DNA from: Podarcis muralis
Taxonomy: Eukaryota
DNA length: 64,000 nt
NCBI RefSeq assembly: GCF_964188315.1
Contig: NC_135666.1
Span: 40,982,001 to 41,046,000, forward strand
Direction: 5' to 3'
Below, one piece after another: positions 48,565 through 61,414 of this stretch. Under the pieces are notes generated by a model. It did not search any database and was not told where the DNA came from. It worked only from the letters and a program-made list of their open reading frames with translations. Every line of letters starts with the position of its first letter. Within the stretch, counting starts at the first letter, position 1. The position numbers were made by a program, and so were the translations under genes.

Positions 48565-51500
48565 GGAAGCATTCTTGGTGAGTTCCGGTACCTCTTTTTC
48601 TAGAAAAACAGCACTGTGTTTTACTAACATAGGTAGCTAAAAAAGTAATTTGGGGTTTTCTTTCTTTAAGTAAAGGTATGGGAGGGATCAGATTTGCAAT
48701 GCAAGCAATTTGGGGGGGGGGGTAATTCCTACTGGTGAAATAGGACCTTCCTCCCATCCTGACCAGGTCTCATTGTAGCAGTGGAGGAGCTTGGGGTCTC
48801 AAATTTCAACGACACCCTGGGCAACACCAAAAATCACCCCCCACCTCTCACACTCCATTCTAAACAATAGTTGTAGCGCCCCCAAGGCTCCACGGCGGTC
48901 ACACTCTCCTAATTCTGCCACTGATTGCAATGTGATGGAGGGGTATTTTTTGCAGCGAGATCAGCTTGAGAAAGAAAGATTAAGCCTACCCTCCCCACAT
49001 GCTGTGGCCTAGCAGTCTGAACAGGTCTTCAGATCATTCCAACTGGAGCATCTTAAATTATTGAGAAGGCACTAGCTCAGGGGTAGATCATATACGTAGC
49101 ATTCAGAAGAACCCAGATTGATTATCTCACAACCAACAACCAGAAAATTACAATTAGAGAACACGCGATGTACTAAGATATGTACAACTTGCTGTTGCAT
49201 TAATGCTCCTTGAACAGCATGAACATATTGCTAATGGTGGTCAATTACTATACAAATACCCTGTAATTGCACTTGTTAAAAGCTGGACATGGTACGCTGC
49301 CATGGAGGGAGGGGCAGAAAAATGAGAAATGACTGGTACACGATGCAGGTTAATTGTTAAGAAAGAAAGAGTATCTGGCTTCTCTTCTCATCGACAGCAC
49401 TTACATTGATGCAAACAAGGGAAAAACCCAAATCTTCAAACCAGCATGCTGAAAGTCTCGTATTTCTATAATTATGCTTTTGCTGTCTAAGATTAATCAG
49501 GCAAGTTAATGATGCAAAAAATTACATTTATAATCCAGTCTGAATACAGCTGTACAGCAAGCTAAGATCTAAGTGCTATTAAGGTAAATGGAATTAATGG
49601 GCTGTCCCTGGCAATCTTTCTATCTATCACTTACTAATTAACATTATTCTGTAAAGAATAATTTGTGGTGAGAAAAATATACAAACCCAACTAGGCCAAA
49701 TTTGCAATGGACAGTGTTGTTAATGGATTGTCCTACAGGTTGGTACCAGATGGTACACTGGGTTTAGTTTGTCAGTTTACAAGAAACTGCCATCTGGGAC
49801 TGAAATTAGAGAAAAACCTTTTATGCACTTTATTATGGAGTCAAGTTATCTCCACCACAGATGAACTTGGAGATAATGTCCACTTCAGCTAATAACCAAA
49901 GGGTCAAGTAGGAGATGGTAGAAAAAGTAATCTTAGATGAATGCTTGTTATAGTTAAGATCTTATCTTGTTCTCCATCACAAGATTCAAGGGGAGCCTCG
50001 GGCTGTGTTGGCTTGTTCAATTTCTCCACTTTTTTGATCTCATCACTGTGGGGAGATATCAACATCTGAATCAGGATGTCCCAATTCAGGAGGTTTTAAA
50101 AGCTGACTTAATGCAGGTATTTTTCAGGCCCAAGAGCTGGTCTGGATTTTTCATAAAAGTGTTATGGGCAGCACAAAATATCAGTTTCACAGAAGAAAAA
50201 CTGGTGGTGCTCAGAACCCCCTTCCCTCAAAGAACAGGCAAAACATATAACCCACAACTAATAAAACAGACCCCCCCCCCCAAAAAAACCCCAGATACCC
50301 AAGTAAAATGCAAGTCACTAGTTTATGAAACAATGTTTTTTCTACAGAACAGAATCCAAGATTACTGAGATTCAAACAATCCTAATAATACACAAGATAC
50401 AAATCCCTCTTTAGATCAATCCTCAGTTTTCTTGCAGGCCTGGAAGATATCTCCATTCGGACATGTATGGCTATCTGCATTAAGAGGAGTACAAGTGCAG
50501 AGAAGGAATACACAGAAGGAATTCCAAAACCAATGTCCCACGAGCTCTCCACTGCTTTGGTACACAGTGTTGTGTAAGCACATTGTTTCGCACAGGGGAG
50601 GGACTGTATTGCAGCCAAGGTTATTTTCATTAGACATATTTCTTCTTTTCTTCATGCATGGGAAATGTTAGAATAGAGAATAGAAACATTCCAGAGTAAT
50701 TAAAATCTGAAATGAATTATTCAATTCGATTAAAAATGAAAGGAATTATTTAAATGGTTAGGCTCATTGTCTTATATTTTAGCGACACTGACTTTGCATT
50801 TAAATTTCAAATATTCGTTGAGTAGAAGCACTGTTGCAAGTTTATAAATTAAAATTCTATTTTTAAAAAATATTAATGTACTTTTCTAACTTTATCCTTA
50901 AGTTGCCATTGGGTAAATAAATGATTAAAGAATCTATGATACTGCCAAAAAAAGAAGAGTCAAGCAAAGAAAAAAAGTGTTACATTGGCTTGGATTGCAC
51001 ACCCTGCTAAGCAACAACATGAAAGTATTGCGCTCTTGGAAAGGAGATCAGTGTTTTTACTCCTCCACTGTCATATTGTTCCTTTGTTGTGCTGTTCTAA
51101 GATGAACGATGCTTTGGCTTATTGGTTAGCCTGTAGAAGCTGAAGTGTGAGTTTGGATTTAGATGACACACTAAGCCAAACCATGGCTTAGCTCATTATA
51201 GCACAACAGCAAAACGGCAGAGGAAGAGCAAAACAGCTGTGATCTCTCCTGGAGCTCGTATGGTCCCATTCACATAATAAGCCATGGTCTGGCTGCCCGT
51301 CGACACAATATAGAGCAGTGCTTATAGCTGTGCGTAGCTTACATAGCAAATAAGGGACCCCCCCCCCCAAAAAAAAAAATATTGGTACATCTTTTAATTT
51401 TGGGGGGGAAAGTACGGATTCATTTATTTGGGACCTTTTGTTCTTCGTACTTTATGTGCATCTTTTAAATGAGGCATTCTGTTTATCAGCTGAATTGCCT

Positions 51501-52434
51501 GATTATTTTTACTTTCATACTTATTAGAATATATTCAAGGGCAAGTGCCACAGTTTATGGATTCAGAAGGTTCTGCATGCTATGTTCATTGCCTCCAGTT
51601 AGATGGACCTGTGCAGATAAGGGAACAGCTGGTCGGAGTACACAATACAGGGCGAGATGAACCAATAGGGATGAAGCTTCATAGAGAGGAGAAAAGAAGG
51701 CCTGGCTTCAATTGTCAGGAATGATGAGAATTGTAGTCCAAAGCATGTGGAAAGCACCAGGTTGGGGGAAAGGCAGCCCTGTTCTACCCTGTGGAACTAG
51801 AGCAACTATAGCTGAAGAGTCATTATCTGTCATTAGTTTTCAGCACTTTATTTCCCTATACTAGAAATATCAAGGAAATTCTAATTGGATCAATTTTATC
51901 CAACCTTCATTAAATCATAGAAACATTTATCCAAAAGGTATGCAACCTACATAATTTTAGATTGGTTGCCTCCGTTTTCTTTCAGAAATAGCAGTGGATG
52001 TTTTCAACTCTGCACAGTGACATCACTTGGTGCTAATCCTGACCACCTCCTTCTGTGTAAACGTTCCCTCCCCAAAAACTGGGCTTTTGCCTATTTAATT
52101 GAAGCACGCAACAAGCATATGTTCTGCTCAAGTAACTGTGCGAAGTTCAAAGTATCATATCTAAACAGTCTGCAGTCTCTCAATGCCTTCAAGGCACCAC
52201 ACTCTTGGAAATGACTCTTTAATTTGAAGCCGACATAAAACTTTAATTTATTGAAAAGTGCTGCTGCTTTTTGATGGGGAGGCAATTTCTGTGTACCCAG
52301 TAGAGAATGATGTCAAGACTTAATTAAAAGCAGCAATTCACATACGAACACCGTCCCTGCTTAAATTTGTCCCATGTTCTAGCTGCAGGAAGAAGGAAGG
52401 ATGAAACACCAGTTATTGCATGCAGCACTTACAC

Positions 52435-52570
52435 CAGGCATGGGCAAACTCCGGCCCTCCAGATGTTTGGGACTACAATTCCCATCATCCCTAGCTAACA
52501 GGACCAGTGTTAAGGGATGATGGGAATTGTAGTCCCAAACATCTGGAGGGCTGGAGTTTGCCTAGGCCTG
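52435..52570. mobile_element. Palindromic hAT MITE
   Basis: Perfect 8-bp TSD ACTTACAC. Confidence 0.93.
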
Positions 52571-53078
52571 ACTTACACCATGATCAAATCCTACGGTACA
52601 GGTATTTATACAGAACAAAAAGTGTCTTTTAGGTGTGAGACTTGTTCCATACTAATACTGCAGCACAGCTAGACAACTGTTTTGCATCCATCTTCTCCTC
52701 TCCAGCATTTTTACAGGCCTGGGCAAGTAATCTAATTAGAACTGAGTTGCATAGAAATGTCCCAGAACGCTTTTTTTCCCCAGGGAGAGGAGATAATCTA
52801 TATTTTTTTCTTTTTGTCCCCTCTCAAGATAAAAAAAGTAAGTTTGCATAAGTAAGTTCTCTGAAAGTTCTCCATCCTCTTTTGTGTTCGATGTCACCCC
52901 CCACAGACCCCCGGCACCTTTGCACCAGGGCATCATGGAGGATCCAAAAATCGTGGCCAGCCTCCCAATGCAGTTGCTGCTGTTACCACTTGGAGCAGCA
53001 GCAATTTTAAAAACACAAAACAAAACCTTTTTAAAAAACGTTTAATTTTATACCTTATGCATTTAAATTTAGATGCAA

Positions 53079-53270
53079 GGTCCCTGCTCCTGCCAACCTA
53101 GCAGTTCGAAAGCACGTCAAAGTGCAAGTAGATAAATAGGTACTACTCCGGCGGGCAGGTAAACGGCGTTTCCGTGCGTTGCTCTGGTTCACCAGAAGCG
53201 GCTTAGTCATGCTGGCCACATGAACCGGAAGCTGTCTGCAGCCAAACACCGGCTCCCTCGGCCAGTAAAG
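53079..53270 (+). mobile_element. Sauria SINE internal fragment (both ends missing)
   Basis: GGTCCCTGCTCCTGCCAACCTAGCAGTTCGAAAGCAC ... GGCTCCCTCGGCCAGTAAAG. Confidence 0.9.
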
Positions 53271-55320
53271 TGTACAGGAACAAATGCTGGAGAAGGATTG
53301 CCTACTATGGGAATAAGCCAAAATCTTCATCAAATATGTCTGTTTTGAGGGAGGATAATATAGTCTTGCCTTTCCTTGAAAAAGGCAGGCTCAGGCTGTC
53401 TGTGCAAAAATCACCTAGCAGACTACGCAGCATATTACGTATGTGTGTGTGGCGTCACACCACTGCTGTCGCAGTGAGATCAAACATGGGGAAAGCTTCC
53501 AATCCTTCTCGCACCATGGCACAAAGGTGTGAAATCTTTTCACCCTTCCTTGCCCTCACCACAGATGCTTTGGGTACTTGGGGCACATAAAATGTAGTAA
53601 TTTCTAAGGTGGCTATTGCGGCAAAGTGATTTTTTCTTGGCAGGGGCACCAATACAATTCTTTGCCAAGGTACACCTTTGGTTCAAGATGTCAAAAAATG
53701 AGCTAATTCCAGTTCACATTGACCTCTTTGCAAAATGAACTAGTTTGGTATGCATTCAGTTCCCACTCCATCCAAACGAACCTTGGCAATTTCCCTCCTA
53801 GCATTCAGAAAGTTACAGTGAGCTTTGTAGGACTGGAGTTATGGAAACAATGGATTGACCAGTTTTAAAGCTCTAAGATGAGATCCCTAAACCCAAATTG
53901 CTTTAGCTAATAGAAGGGAAGTTTTCACTGCCTAATTTCTAAGCACATAAAGACGAAAACAGTAATATTTTAGTGAAGGGGTAAAAAGACTACAGCGAGT
54001 GGAATCCAAAGATTCCTTTCCTCTGCTGAATGGAATCTTTCCATCAAAGGAAGACTCCTGTCAGAGAAAGGGAACCTCTGAACCCAACCCTCTGTTTACA
54101 CAGTTTGTGGGAGAACAGCTATCTAAAGTTAAAACCTCTCATTTAGAACCTCGTTTAAAATGTTCTATTTGTAAACATCTACTTTTGCAGCCAACAATTA
54201 ATCCATATAGAGGAGCACATAAATAAAAGACAATCAGCTTCCCGCTACAATAGAAAGGCAAATATATATGTTCTAGGCAAAACTAAAGACATGAACGTCT
54301 AGGCTGTTTTCTGCAAGAACAATAGAAATAAGAAAGCAGCTAATTCCTACCCAACCTCTAACTCTCAATGTTCGTACTCAACTTCCAACTCCCCAATTTG
54401 GAAAAGCATCCCCCCCTCAATGTCTCTTTATTCAAAATGATAAAATTGTATTTTTTCAAGAAGCATTGTTCAAGCATCTGTTTCTCTTGCCTTGCACCTT
54501 CCAAAGAAACAGCTGAAAGCCTAAAATGAGAAGTATTGCATCACTTTTTTTTCTATTGAGTGTGATGCCCCTATACATATGGATTAGATATTAAATCATA
54601 TCTGCAAGTATCAGGAAAATATTAGTGTGGCAGAAATTAGTAGAACAATATAGACAGGACACTAATGTACTTAATTATAACTTTTTATACGAAGGAATGA
54701 ACTATACATGACACTAAATGCAGGGCTGCCAATCCCTGATTATTTAACAATAAACATATGGAGAGGAGGCTGATTTAATCAGCACACAGGGAAAGGAGGT
54801 TCTAACTCCTCTTTTCCCAGGCTGTACTGCTATTAGTCTGAATAAAGATCTCATCGTTACTTACAAGTAAGAGCCACTCTTTTGCTTTTGGGCAGAAGCT
54901 TGGCAATTGTTACTGTTTGGTTTCTGGAAGAATATCACATGAAACAAGCTACCAACTTTCAAATTCATAATTAAATCCTAATCAGATACATATTTAGAAG
55001 TACCAAATAAATACTATTAATTTACCTGTTAATTACAGCCAAATTGCTTAGTACAACTGCAGGTCTACTGGAAAATTCTACATACCATTGCATGTCAGTT
55101 GTCATTGCACAGCATCTGATAAGTACTGTCAAAACCCAAATGCTATTCATGCCAATTATCAAATGCATTTAAATACTAAATAACAATTGTGTTTAAATTA
55201 CCCATTTATGTCAGGTACTGAAATAAAACATCAAATTTAATGTAAATAAATATCAGGTGTCAAAAACTGATGTTAGATAACAAATATTTGCATGAGGGGA
55301 CTTCTCAATAGCTTCCATTG

Positions 55321-55776
55321 GGTAGTGGGTGGAGCGTGGGAGCAGTAATGGCCGCTTACTGCCCTTCAAGGTGAGTGGCAGTTATGGCCCGACATGGCAC
55401 CACCTCTCCTTCCTGGTATACCACACCACCTTTGCCTGCCTCCCTGTCCCCCTCGGCCGCCGTGGAGGCTCACGGATTCCCGCCAAAACCCATCTATTCA
55501 AACAAGCCAATCCACGGCAACCCCAGAGGGGTGAGGTGGCGCAAGCGGACCTGAGAGAGGCAGGCTTCCCTCAGGTCCGCCCGTCAACTATTTAGCCCGG
55601 CCAACCCCCAAGCGTAGTACCCAGTTGGCCGGGAGTGTCATCTGCGTAGGGCTAGTGTGCCATAGAGCTTCTCTCAGTGTTTGGGGGTCACCTGCGTAAA
55701 CCTGCGTTTTGCAATGGATCCACCCCCCAAATAGACCCTGTCATGCCTCAGTCCTCCAGCAGGAGGACTGAGAGGG
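55321..55776. mobile_element. GC-rich structured island, possibly a terminal repeat of a DIRS/Ngaro-like retroelement
   Basis: Sharp GC/CpG-rich segment with five inverted-repeat hairpins. The family guess is from memory only. Confidence 0.4.
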
Positions 55777-55797
55777 ATACACACCCAATGCCTATGC

Positions 55798-56002
55798 CAG
55801 TGGTGCCCAATTTATTTTCAAAGAGGACCAGATTTGATGAAGTGAACATGCATAAGGGCTGACCAAAGTTGTTGACCTTTTCTTATGATTGAAGTTGTTG
55901 AGCTTTTTTTAGGATTTTGCCCCAGGAGATAGACTGCCCCAGGGCCGGATTAAACTGACCGGCAGGCCGGGTTAGGCCCCAAAGCGGACTTTGGACATGC
56001 CT
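55798..56002. mobile_element. hAT non-autonomous element (205 bp)
   Basis: Perfect 8-bp TSD GCCTATGC; imperfect TIR CAGTGGTGCCCAA / CAGGCATGTCCAA. Confidence 0.85.
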
Positions 56003-57106
56003 GGCCTATGCCAAGGCTTCCTACATCTGGAATCAATCAAGTTCTGGCCATTTCAAATCCCAGACAGTTGTCACGTCCATTCATTTACCACTCTATAGTC
56101 GGTCGCGCTGGGTTTGGGGGCTGTGCGGCTGGGCACGCAATTTGAATTGGCTGCCAATGCATTAACTATTTCCAGTACTGAATTTCAGTAACAAATTGCA
56201 CCAAATGTATCCGGTCTGTATCCACATAATACAAGTCCCTGACCATAACAACAAATTATGTGTATCAATTTATTTGGGCAAAACGTTTCACGCTACTTAA
56301 ACACCTCCACACACTCTTCTCCTGCATGCACAATTTTGTTTTGTTTTGCTTTAACTGGCAGGTGTGAAGAGAGGGCTGGTGGCACTCAACTTGCCTGTTT
56401 CATTTCCCCTGCTGTAGCACCTCCTAGTAAGACTTACTAACCCCCCCACAAGTCAGCAGTTCTGCTGTGTACAAGGGTGCTATAATGTACACAGAGTGCT
56501 AAGCATAACCAAGAGCTATTTCATTAGCTTCAGTGTTAGGGACAAAGCCACAGGAGCAATTCCCAAGTCTATTTCAGTTTTTTAAAGTTCTCTCCTCTTG
56601 CTATTTTGCAGCCAGTTATAATGTTATGCTTAAGGCAACAGAGAGAGCCTCCCATTGGTTCCCATGAGTTTTCGGTTCTGGCTTTTCAGAGCTTCTCTCA
56701 TGCTTTGACTTGTCACTACAATATTTTAAATTAATATTTAAAAAGGTGTTGGATATCTGTTTCAAAAATAGCCGAAGTTGCTCAGAGGGAAGGCCAAATA
56801 CATGGAAGAGCAAGCTTTGCCAGTAGCTTAGCTATAAGCGACACTGATGAAATCAGGCAGCTGTAGTCATCAGCTCTGGTATACTTATACTTCTGGGATT
56901 ATCCTTTCCAAGTCATGGGAGCGTTCCTGCAATTTGCTCTGAAACTATAACATGTAAATCCATGTCTGGGTGTTACAATAAACCATAGTTTACCACCCTG
57001 ATCTTCCCCATTCCAGGGGATCATGTCCTCCCCTTCTCTCTCCTCTTCTAATATAGCCATGGGTTCTTTTTGGATTCATCACAACTTGCCATATCAACTG
57101 AACCAT

Positions 57107-57134
57107 GAAAGCTTATACCCAGAACAAACTTAGT
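57107..57134 (+). mobile_element. Small Penelope-like terminal fragment
   Basis: GAAAGCTTATACCCAGAACAAACTTAGTT matches 5684-5711. Confidence 0.5.
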
Positions 57135-58251
57135 TTGAATCCTGGTTTACGAGACTGCCTTGCTTCAATAAACCATAGGTACAAGTGCTTGGACACGATG
57201 TGAAACTGATTAGCTCAAACTCAGAAGATTAAGCTTCTTATCACCTCTTTGCAGTTGTGCCTGCAGAGGAGGAGGAAGAGCATGAGTCTGCAGTGAGACT
57301 ACACTCATTCCCATCACAATAAACCATGGTGATTAAAGCTATTAATTTATGGGAAAGCCCTTCCCAGAACCTCAACACACACAAGTCTTTCTTATGGGCA
57401 ATACTTTCTTGCAGTATTATGGTTGCAGTGGCAATCTATAACTGGTGACTTAGGCAAGCTACAGCTACAAAAGCACCCTTAACAGTGTAATTCTCAGAAT
57501 GAGGTTCCATCGAGTCCCTGGTTCAGGATTGCAGACTATGTTAATTTTGAGGAATCCCCCTACACAAAGTGGAAGATCCACACGGTAACTGGTGCTTCAT
57601 ATTATGGCTCCCACATGGAATCAACATGCTGAAGTTTCCATTTGATCTCCAAATGGAAGGTTATTTTGAGGGGTCTGCTGCCATTTTTAGCATATTACGG
57701 ATAAAAAAACCATAAAAAACGGTGTATTCTCGTATCGAATCACTCTATACAGTATTATATTACTATAATATACTCTACATTATATTACTATATTACTCTA
57801 TATTGCTCCTCATATTTATTATTTGCAAAAAAGCTTGCTTCATATTTTTTAAAACTGAAGATTAAGTACAACCGTTTTATAAAATCAAGGATGATGGGAA
57901 AAGCCTATACTGTAAAAACAATATAAAATATTATTCTGCTGTTTTGCAAAACTGACATAGGCACGGCTGGTACCAGCTCTTTGGGAAGGCCTGTCTGTCT
58001 GAATAATAAAAAAGATCTTCAACAGGCTTTGAAGGGTTGCCACAGGCACTTGTTTAGACCAATTGGTACTGAACACATGATCAAGCATGAGGTGCTCAGT
58101 GTTAACGACAGAGTTCAGGTCTCACCGATTACCATATTGTGATTCAAAGGAATTTCTCTTGCACATCACATGGACAAGTGGCCCTGAATATTTGCCTTTC
58201 CTTTAACCCACTGGGTAAATTTATTGGCCCTTCTTGCTTCGAGAGTCTATA

Positions 58252-58469
58252 CAGTGGTACCTCTGGTTAAGAACTAAATTTGTTCTGGAGGTCCATTCTT
58301 AACTTGAAACTGTTCTTAACCAGAGGTACCACTTTAGCTAATGGGGCCTCCCCCCACCGCCGCCGCACGATTTCTGTTCTCATCTTGAAGCAAAGTTCTT
58401 AACCCAAGGTACTATTTCTGGGTTAGCGGCATCTGTAACCTGAAGCGTCTGTAACCCGAGGTACCACTG
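58252..58469 (+). mobile_element. Tc1/mariner MITE
   Basis: TIRs with TA duplications; near-colinear with 38138-38362. Confidence 0.93.
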
Positions 58470-59189
58470 TAATCCCACTATAATCCCAATGTTCCTCAGA
58501 TTCTTTTGCGGCTAATTTTGTCTAATATAAGGAATGCTGCTTCTTACCTATTCCAAACCATAAATTTAGGCTGTCCTGAATTTCATCAGTGCCCAAAATT
58601 ATAGAGTTTTGAGGGTGAAAGAATAACATACTTTCAGCCATTCTCTTTACATATCATTAATTATTTGGTAATATAAAGATCTGATAGGTGTCACATCATC
58701 CCTGAATATGTTTTATGATTTTTTCCCTTTCGTTTCTGACCTACATTGGCCTTTTAGTTCAGCTATTCTGACACAGATTAGTGCAGCACATAAAACCTGG
58801 CTGTGGCTATTTCTTCCCACACTGAATAAATCACTCTAAAGCAGGGTATAAATATATATTAGCAGTAAATTGTCAGGAGATGATATCCTGTTAAAAAGGT
58901 AGCTTGCTCTAGAGTATTCAGCTAAAAGCAGGCATGCAGAGTCTGCTAAACTCCAGCTTCCTCTGATTATAGCAATGCTGCTTTCAACAAGGCAAAAAAA
59001 CTCCATTACTTATAGGACTGTAGAGACTAAGGCTGTTAAAATATCTGCATAAGTATGTCTTAACCCTAGGCTCCTCATGCAGACCAAGTGCCATCAAAGA
59101 CAATGGAACAGGACCAATAATTTCCTCTACTTCAATTGACAGATAAGCAGGTTTATTGATCGGGTGCTTGATTTCTTAATGTAGACAAT

Positions 59190-59300
59190 AATTAATTTGA
59201 GGAATTCATTTCCACAGGAAGTTGTGATGGCCACAGCAAGCTTTAAAAAGGTTCAGACAAGTACATGGAAAATGGGTCTGTCAATGACTATTTAATAGCT
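59190..59300 (+). mobile_element. Old CR1 ORF2 C-terminal/3' fragment
   Basis: CCACAGGAAGTTGTGATGGCCAC...TTTAAAAAGGTTCAGACAAGTACATGG (PQEVVMA...FKK..DKYM). Confidence 0.6.
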
Positions 59301-61068
59301 ACAAATAGAACAACATTGTTCAGAGGAAGCAGACTTACATCTCCAATCAGCAGACTTCCAAAATTAGTCCCTACCTCTTTTGAATCTTCTCTACAGAGAG
59401 CCAGCCCTGGCATTTTTTTGGACAAAACTGAGCTGCAGAACTGTGGCCAAGAGATGTGCATGTTCTTGTTCTGAAACTATATAGAAAAGGGAAGAAAAGT
59501 TGGAACACAAATTCCCGGAACTCTGAAACACAGTGAATGAAAAATAAAAATCTGTATCATGAGAATGCCTGTTTCCTCCATCTAATTGTAATCTAAAGAG
59601 TTGGAAAAGGGGATGTACTTTCTGATGAAATGTTGTGCATTCATTAATAAAGCATATACATTGTATGGTATTTCCACAATCCTTTCTTCAATGATAAACT
59701 GCACACCAGTTTATTTCCTCTAATCCCATTCTGTAGTTCCTTACCTGATGTGCTAACTTCTAAGTCTACAAAATATTCCTTGTCTTAAAAGGATTTCATT
59801 CTCCGAAAGACACACTTTAACAAAGCTTTGTTTAGACAACAACATATGAGGAAAAAACACATCTCACTATGTTTTAAATGCACTTCTGGGAAAATATCAG
59901 AAACATCCCATTTATCTCCCAGTTTGTAACACTTGTTTGTGGAAGAGTAACTTTAATTCAAGAGTTACTCAACTCTATTACATGACAGTGAATAGGCCCT
60001 GTCATTCTCCTAATCTAATCCTGCGGGGTGGGGGAGGAGGAGAGAGAGAAATATTTGCAAGGCAGATGGCAGAGGTGATGCTTTTTGACATTATGACTGC
60101 AAGACTTTGTGTCCATATTGCCTTTGCATATTTATTGTATTATATTTGAATACAACTTAAGGACTCTACTGTATGATTCTTTAAGAAAGGTATTGTACTT
60201 TGATGCAAATATGATTAACAAACTGCCACTATAAAAAGACAAACATAGCTGGCTTAAAATTAAGTAGAGATCACAATGGAAACTCTACACCTAACTTTAA
60301 AGTACCATACAGCATAACACAGATTTATGTGTTGACAAGTTAACCAATATGAATGTTTTAATGCAGTTATAGAAATATAGTAGATTCATTTTGAACATTA
60401 TATAGTCACATGTTCATTTATATTTGTTTCTTTGAATTTTGAATGCATTCTCAGTGTCATTTTTAACTGTCTGTGGCTAATACTATATCCATTAGAGAAG
60501 CCCTTACTGTTGAATTATGGCATTTCAACAAGTTAAGCCTTCATGTTTTAACCATAAGCATGTAGATTATGCTCACAAATGGAAAAACAAAGTCCACACC
60601 CTCAATATTGGATTGCATATTTTGCTAACAGAGTAAAATATATTAGCATTTATTTATTACATACAATCTGTTCAGCATCTACCATTCAGACTCTTGAAAT
60701 GCTGAACTATTAGTCCACCTGTGTCCTGGATGTGATGGGCAAGAACACAGAGAATGTGAATAGATGGTCAATGTGAAATGGGGAATAAGTACTAAAAGTC
60801 GATAGGACTGAGGCAAAATGGATATGGGAAAGGATTGCTTTTCCTGAACATTTTATCACTCCCATGAAAAGCATGCATCCATTTGGGGCATTTTGAGGTA
60901 TTAATGAAAGGAGCAAAACTGGTCATAGACTGTTCACAGTTGAGTGGGATACATGCAGCCCTTTCAATGCCAACAAAATACTGTAAACAAACAACATTCA
61001 CTCTCTTGCTCAGTTGAAACAGTCTCTCGTTTCAGTTGGCAGGCCTGACTTTTCTGAAACAGAGGTCT

Positions 61069-61414
61069 CAGACCCTCCAAGTGTCCATATTTTCCAGGGA
61101 CAGCCCCGGATTCATAGAAACCACCCCAGTTTCTGATTTGATCCCGGAATGTCCCGATTTTCCTTAGGACGTCCCGATTTTCATTGGAGAAATGTTGGAG
61201 CCTATGGAGTTATGCGACCCTGAGCCAAGGAGATAGGCAGCCTTGTATAGGGAAGTTTTTAAGTGTTTAATGTTTTATAATGTTTTAATATATGTTGGAA
61301 GCCTCCCAGAGTGGCTGGGACAACCAAATCAAATGGGTGGGGTGTTAATAAATAGAAGAAGACGAGGAGGAGGAGGACGTCCCTAGTTTCATTGGAGAAA
61401 TGTTGGAGGGTATG
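61069..61414 (+). mobile_element. TIR element (CA(G/T)ACCCTCCAA ends) containing an L2 3' tail
   Basis: Inverted termini; 6-bp flanking AGGTCT; internal 34-bp direct repeat (61167-61200 and 61375-61408) around an L2-type tail. Confidence 0.7.

Noticed and set aside
53999-54226. LKCSICKHLLLQP resembling a RING finger start
   Set aside because: The remaining Cys/His ligands are absent, there are no splice signals, and a stop follows shortly.
59745-59783. 21- or 39-nt minus-strand exon before CAG|GTAAGG
   Set aside because: The donor is good but both acceptors have weak pyrimidine tracts; insufficient support.
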